Notes under the pieces: model-generated | What the model saw: only the letters and a program-made list of their open reading frames with translations | Database searches by the model: none | Told to the model about the DNA's origin: nothing | Position numbers and translations under genes: made by a program | Shown: positions 34,627 through 43,929 of the stretch, one piece after another | Layout: every line of letters begins with the position of its first letter | Position numbering within the stretch: position 1 is the stretch's first letter | Assembly (NCBI GenBank): GCA_943704415.1 | Contig: CALSCO010000855.1 | Coordinates: forward strand, 1-43,929 | Source: Parvularia atlantis | Taxonomy: Eukaryota | DNA length: 43,929 nucleotides | Direction: 5' to 3'

Positions 34627-36792
34627 ATGCTGCTCGTGCGGGCTCGGACGTCTCTGCGCGCGGCCGCGGTGGCCGGGCGGGTGCGCGGCGGCCGCGGCGT
34701 GGCCGTGGTGCGGCAGGGCGTGACGGTGACGGTGCCGGCGCCAGGCATACGCATCCAGCGCCGTCGTCGCGCTCGACAAGCCGCTGGACGAGATCCCGGC
34801 CCTCGCCGTCTGCCTGCCTGGCCAGGCCGCCGAGCCGGTCACGACCGTGACGACGCTGAGCAACGGCGTCAAGGCGCGCGCGCTCTCTGCGAGTGTGAGG
34901 GAAGGCGTACGGGCCGGCTGACATGGCGGCGCGCAGGTCGCGACGTACGAGAACTTTGGCCCGGCGTCGTCGGTCGCGGTCGTGGTCAAGGCCGGCGCGC
35001 GCCACGAGGACAGCAAGACGCTCGGCGCGGCGCAGTTCCTCAAGCACTTTGCGCTGCAGGCGCGTCCCGCGGGCCTCTCCGCCATCAGTGCCGCGCACTT
35101 AGCCGCGTGACGGCACGCAGAGCACCTACAACCGCACGCACGTCCGCCTCACGCGCGAGGTCGAGCTGCTCGGCGGCGACATTGTCGCGACGGCCACGCG
35201 CGAGAACGTCATCTACGCCGCGCAGTTCCTGCGCTCGGATCTGTGCGTGCGCCGCCGGCCGCGCGGCCCAATCCCCGAGGGGGGCACTCAGCCGCGCCGC
35301 GCACGCAGCGCCACGACGCTCGACGTCGTCGCCGACCTCGCCAGCGCCGCGCGCTTCCACGACTTTGAGGTGCACGACGTCGCGCACAAGATCGAGACCG
35401 AGTCGGCCACGGCCCTGGCGAACCCGCACGTCGCCGTCTTCGAGGCGCTGCACCGCGCGGCCTTCCGCGGCACGCTGGTGCGCGCACAGATGCCCTTCGC
35501 GACCGATGCTCACACCGTGCGCGCAGGGCAATCCGCTCTACGCGTCCGACTCGACCCTGCACCACATGTCGGCGACGACGCTCAAGCAGTACGCCGCGAA
35601 GAACCTCAACGGCGGCCAGGTGACGATCGTCGGCGCGGGCGTGAACCACGACGACCTCGTGCGCCTCGCGGCGACCGCGTTCGACAAGATCGGCGCGGCG
35701 GGTGCGGCGCTCGTCGGCACCGTGGCCGCATGCGACAAGCTCACACGCCCGCAGCGTCATCTGCCCAGCCGGCCAAGTACGTCGGCGGCGAGCTGCGCCT
35801 GGAGAACGTGCACGACCCGGTCAACCGCTACGCGCTCGCGTTCGAGGGCGCCGGCTACGCGTCGCCCGACTTTGTGCCGCTGCTCGTGCTCAGCAAGGTC
35901 CTCGGCGGTGCGTGCCCACCCGCGCCCGAGCTGCGCGCCTGGCCCGCTCACGCAAACGCAATAGGCGGCAAGCATATCAAATACGGCTCGGGCGTGTCGG
36001 CCCTGGCGCGCGCCTCGGCCAAGCTCGGCCGCGACACATCGCTCACCGCGTTCAACATCAGCTACAGCGACGGTGGCGTGCACGGCCGCGCCCCACGCAC
36101 TGCTGACCCGGCTGGCCAGCCGGCCTGTTTGGCGTGTACACCGAGTCGAGCGTCGAGAAGCTCAACGAGGCGGTCGATGCCGGCGTGGCCGAGCTGAAGA
36201 AGGTGCGTGAGGGCCGGCGTCAGCCGTTTGCTGTCACTGACCACACGCGCGCGCGCGCCAGACCGCCTCGACCGTGAGCGCGGACGAGCTCGCGCGCGGC
36301 AAGGCCCAGGCACACTACGCCCTCAAAAGCGCGTACGAGACGCGCACGGGCGCGGTGGAGGACGTTGCGCGGCAGGTGCGCTGCGCCGTGTGGTGCTGCG
36401 TGCGCCGGTGCTGACGCCGCGGCGCAACGTAGGCGGCTGCTGGCTACAAGTCGCCGAACGAGCTCGCGCAGGCCGTGGAGAAGGTCAGGGCCGACGACCT
36501 CACGCGCGTGGCCAAGAAGGTGTGCCTCCGACGGGGGGGGGGGGGGGGGGNNNNNNNNNNNNNNNNNNNNNNNNNNNNNNNNNNNNNNNNNNNNNNNNNN
36601 NNNNNNNNNNNNNNNNNNNNNNNNNNNNNNNNNNNNNNNNNNNNNNNNNNNNNNNNNNNNNNNNGGGGGGGCAAGGTAGAGGCGGGCGCTGATGCCACGG
36701 CGTCCCACGCGCAGCTGCTGGCGAGCAAGCCGTCCGCGGTGGCCTATGGCGACGTGATCAACGCGCCCTTCGCGGCCGGGCTCAAGCTCTAG
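34627..36792 (+). CDS. UQCRC2: cytochrome bc1 core protein 2 / M16 family non-catalytic subunit
   Basis: Transit peptide, TTLSNGVKVA, VKAGARHE..GAAQFLKHFA (no HxxEH), REVELLGG..ATRENVIY, GKHIKYGSG, AFNISYSD.GLFG. The last intron spans an assembly gap. Confidence 0.85.
36551..36663. other. assembly gap (113 N) flanked by poly-G
   Basis: N run with G homopolymers on both sides, inside an intron. Confidence 0.99.
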
Positions 36793-36912
36793 ACGGCGCA
36801 ACGGGCGCCTGACCGCGCGCCCCCTTTGATTTGGACGGCGGCTTGAGTTGTGTCTGTGTGTGCGGCTCAAACGTCCGTGGCATACAGCATGTCCAAGGCA
36901 GAGCCTGACAAC

Positions 36913-39900
36913 TTATTTCAGCGTGGCAGCAGGTAGAAACGGCTTGGCAGGGATTGCCGGCTGCGTGGCCCGTTGGCGTGAGCTGTGTAGCGCGTGCGAG
37001 CAGGCACGCGCGCACCCTGGACCCCACAGACGGGCTCGCCGAACCGGCCGGCGAGCCCTGGCGCAGCAGGTCCATCGACATGCGCTTCGTGTTGACGCGG
37101 ATCTCCTCGGCTTCGAGCTTGGCCTTGGTCACCGCCAGCCGCGCCTCCTCAGCCTCGCGCCGCGCCCGCTCGGCCTCGAGGCGCGCCTGCTCGAGCTCGG
37201 CGCGAGCGCGCTCGATCGCCGCCAGGTGCCGCGCCTCCTCGGCCTCGCGTCTCGCGCGTTCAATCTCGATCTCGGCCTCGCGTCGCGCCTTCTCGGCGGC
37301 GGCCCGCGCCTCCTCGGCCTCGCGCCGTGCCTTCTCGATCTCGAGCTCGACGTCGCGGCGTGCCTTGGACGCCTTTGCCCGCGCCTCCTCGGCCTCGCGA
37401 CGCACGCGCTCAAGGTCGTCGCCGCCCAGCGACTTGGACGCCTGCAGCGGCGCCGGCCGAGCACCGCCACTCGGCATACGCGGCTTGGCGGCGATCGCGG
37501 GCTTGGCGCTAGCAGGCGCGGGCTCGGGTGCGGGCTCGTCGGAAAGCGCTGGCACAGGCGCGGGGGCGGGTGGGCGGATCGGCGTGCTGCTCTTGGACGG
37601 CGGGACGGGTGGGGGCGGGCGCCCGCTCCCGGTCGGCCGGCGCGGTGCAAAGTCGGCCGCCGCGCTAGCTGCAGCCGCCACGGCCACGCTCGCGCTGACG
37701 CTATCCACGCCGACCGAGAGCGAGCGTCGCCGGCGCACGGCCGGGCCAGCCACGGCGTCGCCCAGCGCGGAAAGTGGCTGAGCAGCGGTGGGCGGCGGTG
37801 GAGCGGGCCGCATGGACGCAGGCAGTACCTTGCCCGGCGGGGCGACTAGCACTGGCGCGCTGATGGTGGGCCGCGTCGAGGGCGCGGCGCTGTCGGCAGG
37901 CTTCGCTGCGGGCACGGCGCCGTCGGCTAGCTGCGTCGTGACGTACGTCCGCGACGGCACGGGCGGCTTGGGCTTCGATCGCCCCTCGCTTGCGCCTGTC
38001 TGGCCAGGCGGCAGCGGCGCAGGCCGGCTCTGCGGCGATCGTGGCGCGGGCAGCGGTCGTGATGCCACGCCCGAGGCTGGTGGCCGCGCCGGGACGCCGT
38101 TGGAGGCGTTCTCGTGGTAGTAGCTGCGCTGCGGCACCGTCGGCTTCGCCTTTGGCCCGGACGACTTGGCGATGTTGGCGCGGATCGCCTGCACGACCGT
38201 GAGTCGCACGTTGACACTGCAGCTCGTCGCACACGCACCTGCAGGCGCTCTTGGTGCATGCGGTCCTCCTCCATCGCTCCGTTGTCGCTCATAGACGGGC
38301 GGTCGACCAGGCGGATCTCGACGCGCGGTGCACTGCAGGCGCTTGCGCGGTGAGTACGTGCACCGATCGAAAGCACGCACGGGCGCACCTCCCGGGCGGC
38401 TCGGGCAGCATCTTGGCCGCGCGCGTCGCCTCGAACTCTGCCCGCTCGGCCTTGAGCCGCTCTTTCTCCTGCGGTGCGCACGCAGCACGGTCGGCCGCGT
38501 CCGCGCCGTGCGGCCGCGTGCACACACGCGCACCTGCTTCTGCAGCGCCGCGGCGCGCTTCTCGCCCTCCTTGGCCAGCCGCGCGCGCTCCGCCTCCTCC
38601 TCCTTGGCCAGGCGCGCGCGCTCAGCCTCTTTCTGCTGTTTGCGCGCCTGCGCCTCTTGTGCTGCAGTGCAAGCGGGTCAGGCGGGGGCATGCGAATGGG
38701 CGCAGCGCACCCTCACGCTCGCGCTGCAGCTTGAGCTCCTGCTCGCGGCGGTACTTCTCGAGCGGGTCCTCGTACACCGCGCTCGCGGCTTGCTGCAGCA
38801 AGGGGCGCGCGCGGCCGGCGTCAGCGGCGCCCACGCGCCAGTCCGTCACGCACCTGCAGCAGCGCCGCGAGCATGTCCTCCTTCTCGCTCGTATTCTGCA
38901 CGGTGACCGTCTTGTTCCGCGTGATCTTGAGCTTGTCAAACTCGGCGATCCATTTGTCTGCGAACCGCGCGGCACAGTCAGCCCGTCGCGCGCTGTGCCG
39001 CGCGCGCACGCACAGGCTTCCGTGCCGGCGTCCACGCGATAGCTCGGGCTCTGCGCGTACTGCGACTTGGCCAGCTTGATCAGGTCAAACATCGTCTCAG
39101 GGTCTGCGCGCGCGCGCGCGCGACTGTGAGCAAAACGTCGCGAGGCTGCAGTCGCCAGCACGCACTGAAGATCGGGCTGTTTGGCGGGCTCGTCTCGGTC
39201 GTGCCATGCGCCCCGAGCGCCTGCGCGTCGACGTCGTTGACGGCGAGCGTGACCAGCGGGCTGCGTATGCGCGTTGCGGGTGAGCGACGAGGCGAAGCGA
39301 GCGCAGCGTGCTCACATCTCCACGATGAGCTTGTACTTGGCGTCGCCGACCAGGTTGCGCTGCGGCTTGGCCAGCAAGATCTGCGCAAGCCCACACGCAC
39401 ACCGCACGTCAGCACTGGAGGCACCGGCGGCGACTGGGCGCGCCTTGTCGTTGAACAGCCACGCGTAGCGCTCGCCCGCTGGCTTGCCGTTCTCGATCGC
39501 CGTGAGCGGGCCCTCAAGGATCAGCCGGCGCGAGATGTCGACGATGTCGAGCGGCTGTGCGCGTGCATGAGGCGTGCAGACCCTCGCGAGCTCGGCGGGA
39601 GCCGCACCTCGTCCGCCTTGATGCGCGAGTTGATCTCCTGCAGCTTGTCGAAGCGCTCAGCGTCCTTCATCCGGTCGTTGACCTCGGTCACGACGGCCTG
39701 GGCGCCATCTTCAGCCGCGGCAGCAGCGCACACAGCCAACGCGCAGCACCTCCATCTTCTCCATCGCGCGTTGCAAATCGGCGTAGTCGGCGCTGCCATC
39801 GTAGCTGTTGCGCAGCAGCTCGCGGATGAGCAATGGGTACCTGCCGCCGGGCGCGGTCGGTCAGCGTGCTTGTGCTGGGCGACGACGCGGCGGAGCGCGG

Positions 39901-42449
39901 CACACTTGCAGATACGCTGGATCGGCTTGATGAGGAAGCTCTCGAGCGTGAGGCCCTTGCACTCGGGCTTCGCGGCGCACTCCTGCGTGCCGCGTTAGCG
40001 CACGCGCACGCACTCTATCGGACGCACCTTGAGAAACTTGGCAAACGAGTCCTTCTCCATCTTACGCTTGAGCAGCTGCACGGCCTCGGGGTGGTTGCAG
40101 CAGTACTCGGTGTAGTGCGGGAAGTAGTCCATCTGCCGCAGCGCTGGTTCAGCTACCGCGGGCCGCCGTGGCCGCCGCCGCACGCACCGCGGCCAGGAAC
40201 GCGCCGCTGATGCGCTCGATCATCGGCCAGTGCGACGTGTCGTCCATCACACGCTCGAGCTCGCCCAGGAAGAACTGGGTCGCGCGTGAGCCGCACAGTC
40301 TCCCGCGCGCGGACGGCGCCGTCCGCACCTCGTTCACGCCGAGGAGCGTCTCAATGTTGGAGAAGAGCGACTCGATGTTCTTGGCCTTGAGCACCTGCTG
40401 CTCCGTCATGCCCTTCATAAACACCTGCGCAGCGGGCGATCAGCGCGCGCCCGGGCGTGCCGGCAGCGCGCGCGCACCTCGATGATCAGCTTCAAGTTCT
40501 CGACGTAGTCCAGCTCGGTCGTGTAGATCTCGTATGCGGCCTGCTGGAAGTGCTTCTCCTCCTTCGTGAGCGAGTTGAGCAGCGCCGCCTTTTCCTCCGG
40601 GTTCTCGATGCGGTCGAACCAGTACTTGATGAACGGCTTGGTCGGTGGCGGCGCCATCTGTTGCGCTCCCTCAGCCGCTGGCGGCGTTGCCGCCGCGGTC
40701 GCTGCGCACCATAACACCGTCGGCGGACCCGGAGCCTGACTGCGTCCCGAGCATGACCGTGATCGGCCGCGACGCATCCGTCCTCGACTGCAGCGCGGCT
40801 CAGCGCCAGGTGCGCGCCACCACACCGCCACCAGACCTTCTCGATCGTCTGCTCAAAGTCCAACGCAAAGCTGTCGTCGCGCTTGTCCTTGTACTTGACG
40901 TACCATGACCGGTACCCGTCCTGCGCCGTGGACACGTCACTCTGGCTGCTCTCGGCGTCGCTGGTGGGCGTGCCGGCGGCGTCGGGCAGCGGCTGCTCCT
41001 TGTTCTGCGCGCGCACAGTGTGAGCACGCACGCCGAGCAGCCGCAAATGGAGCGCACCGCGTCGCCAAACATCTTTTGGAGCCACTTGCGCGACTTGGTC
41101 CCGGCCGCGCCCTCGGGCGGGCCATCGCCAGCGCTAGCGTCGGCCTCGTTGGCGATCACGGCCTTGAGCTCGCTCTGGTTCATGCTGCGCGAGCGACCTG
41201 CCACGTCGCTGTGAGCGCGTGCCCGCGGTGCGAGAGCGGCCGCACACGTTTCTGCGTCGGCGTGCGGTTCGGCGACACGTTGGCACCGGCTGCTGCGGCC
41301 GTCGTGGACGCGGAGGACGACGACGAGACCGACGCCAGCGACGCCGACGAGCGGTCGCCCTCGCCAAAGTCGGCGCTGTTGGTGTGGGGCAGCTCGCCCG
41401 CGGTGCGCTTCATCTGCAGCATCTTGGACAGGGCGAAGGTTGAGCCCTTCTGCGCCTTGATCTTCTTATCTGCAGTCGGCTGTGAGCGTGCGTGCGCGCA
41501 CGACCGCGCACCGCTCGCACCGTCCAGCGCGTCTCCGGAAGGCAGGCTCGTGGCCAGCACTGCCCCGCCGTCGTCGATGCCGAGCGTCTGCGCGAGCGCG
41601 CACGCGTCAGCCGCGGCGTCCGCAGCGGCGCGCAAGGTGACCTGCTTGCTCTTGGACGAGCGGAACCACGAGCGCTTCTGCTGCTGCTGCTGCAGCAGGG
41701 TGCGCGTCAGCCGCGTGTGCTCAGTGGACCGCCGTGCGTGCTCACCGAGTCGCTCCCGCCCGCCTGCTCCTCCATGTTGTCGCCCGAGATGCTGCGGCGG
41801 ACGGGCGCGCCGGCGTCGTCGGCCGCCGCGGCCGCCTGCTCAGCCGCCACCGCCGCCACCGCGGCCGCCGCGGCCGCCTTGTCCTCGTCGGTCACACGGC
41901 TGCTTGTCCGCTGCGGGCGCCCGGGGGGTCAAACGTGCGTGCGCCATACGACGACGACGACGACGACGCCGCGACACGCCTTGAACAGCGAGAAACCGCT
42001 CTTGTGCCCGACCGACGACTTGCCGCTCTGCGCCGGCGCGGGCGCGTCCTGCGGCGCCTCGGCCGCTGCGGACGACGACGACGACGACGCGCTCCGCGGG
42101 ACGCTCGGCAGCGGCTCGCGCGGCCGTTGCTGGACGGCGCGGCTGAGCGGCCGCCCCCTCTCCGCGCCGCCGTACGCACCACGGCCTCGACGTACGCCTG
42201 CGGCACGAAGCCCGCCGCGCCCTCGCGCTGCACCGGCCTGATGTAGACCCAGCCCTCGGACGGCGCGGGCAGGCCGGCGGCGGCGCAGTCGATGACCTCT
42301 ACCAGCTGCGTGCACGCGCGCGCGCACACGTGAGCCACCCGGCGGGACGCAGGCCCGGGCGCGCGCGCCCCATCAACCTCGCCCTCGACCAGGTCGGCCT
42401 CGTCCCACTCTGAAGGCGCGAAGTCGTACAACGCGCGGGCGCGTGTCAT
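36913..42449 (-). CDS. SH3-DH-PH Rho guanine nucleotide exchange factor with coiled-coil and Pro-rich C-terminus
   Basis: SH3 ARALYDF..EGWV..GFVPQAYVE. DH EIYTTELDYVENL..LFSNIE..YTEYCCNHP..LTLESFLIKPIQRICKYPLLIRELL. PH-like region follows, then EAEEAR coiled coil. Stop TAA 36913-36915 after the last intron. Confidence 0.88.
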
Positions 42450-42467
42450 CGTGGCCAACTCAAGCCT

Positions 42468-43075
42468 GATCCAAACAGTTGAGATTCCCTCACTAACATT
42501 CGCAGCAACTATACGTATACGTCGTGTATTGACATGAAACTCACTGCGGCGGCCGCCGCTGCCGCCGAAGCGCAAAAAGGACGCCACCGGACGCCGGCGA
42601 CTACGAGACCAAGCACTCGACCGTCGTGATGTCGGTGCACCAGGCGCTGGAGAAGGCCGCTCGTCACTTCACCGGACACTCGTTCACATCATCGTGATGG
42701 CAGGCCGCCTTCCTGCTGAGTTCGTGCGGCAGGTCGACGCCAACGCCCGCCCTCGGCGTCCTCGCGTCGTGGTTCATGGCTTCCAAGCACTGCAAAAGTG
42801 TCTGTAACTGGACGTGGAACCGCGACGTCAACGGGGCGCGCAACATCGGCACGCTCTTCAACTTGAAGGCGCACATGCCAGTGGCCGGCCTCGAGTTTTT
42901 GCGGCAAGGAACACGCATTGCACAACCGCGTGTCCGACCCGCATCGGGCTCTCTATACCTCTGAAACACGGTGCTCGCAGTTTGCTGACTCGAACGACTG
43001 TTGACTCGTTGTGAAATGAATGCTGAGTGAACTGAACCGGCGAATGTTAGTGAGGGCATCTCAACTGCTTCGATC
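42468..43075 (+). mobile_element. ~600-bp non-autonomous TIR element carrying a Fanzor/TnpB remnant
   Basis: 42468-42503 GATCCAAACAGTTGAGATTCCCTCACTAACATTCGC matches the reverse complement of 43040-43075 at 33/36. The ends are less GC-rich than the flanks, no introns are evident, and an internal RuvC-III motif is present. Confidence 0.85.
42534..42964 (+). pseudogene. Fanzor (eukaryotic TnpB-like) remnant, internally deleted and frameshifted
   Basis: VVVHG(frameshift)KHCKSVCNWTWNRDVNGARNIGTLF..LEFLR. This is the second half of the Zn ribbon plus the RuvC-III RD.N.A.NI motif. RuvC-I/II are absent, and upstream fragments lie in other frames. Confidence 0.78.
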
Positions 43076-43095
43076 TTGAGCGTACTCATCACGCA
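42965..43095 (+). ncRNA. candidate omegaRNA scaffold plus flanking guide
   Basis: Lies between the remnant's stop and the right end, as in TnpB/Fanzor loci, and has short nested complementary segments. There is no expression evidence. Confidence 0.35.
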
Positions 43096-43158
43096 CACAC
43101 ATCACACCACACACGCTCGTCTGCCGCCACGCGGGCGACCACCCCACCGCGACGCCAC

Positions 43159-43895
43159 TCACGCCTTGTGCTCGACAAAGTGCGTCACGAACTTGCCGCC
43201 GTCCCACTTGGCGATGGCCTGCTCCGGCAGCGGCGTCTCGCGCATGTCGTCGTCCTCGTTCTTGCCCGGCACGAGCACGTTGAGCTCGCTCGACTTGGCG
43301 TAGAGCACCTCGGTCTCGAGTGAGTCCTTGGATAGGTACAGCTGGAAGCCGTCGGTCTTGTCGATGTTGACCGTGGGCGCCTTGCCGAGGATCTGCGCCT
43401 TGCACGACTTGGAGTTGACGACGTCGAGCGACGAGATGAGCGAATCGAAGACGATGTCGGTCTTGACGCAGCCGTCTGGCGCACGCGCGCACGTGCGTGT
43501 GAGCGAGCGCAGCCGACCGCGGGGTGCGCCCGGACGCGCACCGAGCGTGATCTGGTTGATCTTGCCCTTGATGATGACGACCGAGTTGACGCAGCCAAAG
43601 ATGTAGACCGTCTGGTTCTGAGCCGTGTTGTCGATAACGAGGCTCTTGTTGTCCTTCTGGTACTCGACCACCCACTTGTTGTTCTCGAGCGCAAACTTGG
43701 GCGTCGCGTTGGCCTTGGTGCCCGGGGCGGACGCCTTGGACGATGCGATCACGTCGGCTGCTGTGCAGTCAGCACACAGTGCCCCCACGCACGCGCACGG
43801 GCGCGCACCGTTGACTTCCTTCTCGACGACCGTCGCGCCCGCACGCAGTGCCGGGTTCTTGTGCGTCTTTTGGTCGTCGCTAACCTTCTTGAGGC
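43159..43895 (-). CDS. CAP: adenylyl cyclase-associated protein, C-terminal exons (5'-truncated)
   Basis: GLKKVSDDQKTHKNPALR, KWVVEYQ, VYIFGC..IKGKINQITL, PTVNIDKTDG.QLYLSKDSL..KSSELNV..E.PLPEQ. Confidence 0.96.
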
Positions 43896-43929
43896 CTGCG
43901 TGAGCGTGTGTCAGCACAGGCGCCCCCCC

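Noticed and set aside
36533..36671. G-quadruplex or other functional poly-G element
   Set aside because: The G runs border an assembly gap, so their length and sequence are unreliable.
42468..43075. Intact active Fanzor, or assignment to Tc1/mariner
   Set aside because: RuvC-I/II are missing and the remnant is frameshifted. There is no TA duplication flanking the CAGTTG core and no transposase in the window.
1..43929. CRISPR array, rRNA/tRNA genes, or prokaryotic origin of the contig
   Set aside because: I saw no repeat-spacer array or recognisable structural RNA gene. Spliceosomal introns and eukaryote-specific genes occur throughout.

Overview
This is very GC-rich, extremely compact eukaryotic DNA from an unidentified protist. 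It is dense in short (~40-80 nt) spliceosomal introns with GTGCG or GC(A/G)CG donors and CTGAC/CTCAC branch points close to the 3' AG, so most long ORFs in the six-frame track are GC artefacts or intron-fused fragments. I can reconstruct about 21 protein-coding genes. In order: BCAS3-like (5'-partial), a Cys-rich orphan, a peroxisomal 4CL/luciferase-like ligase, a Calx-beta/REJ/GPS single-pass receptor, DBP10, CUEDC2-like, two divergent CMAS-family methyltransferases, a secreted DUF1028 protein, an intronless RapZ-C/zinc-finger protein, HemE, STE24, an H1-tail/PADR1 protein, RPAIN, COQ2, a small TM protein, UTP11, FAM98, UQCRC2, an SH3-DH-PH RhoGEF and CAP (5'-partial). The main finding is a ~600-bp element (42468-43075) with 36-bp terminal inverted repeats. 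It carries a deleted, frameshifted Fanzor/TnpB-like remnant (C-x3-C...WNRDVNGARNI) followed by a potentially structured 3' segment, so it is a candidate non-autonomous 'ghost' Fanzor/omegaRNA locus. Also notable: divergent start codons only 13-49 nt apart, tandem genes 37-59 nt apart, and many GC-AG introns. Family calls rest on recalled motifs, not database searches, and exon boundaries were inferred by eye.
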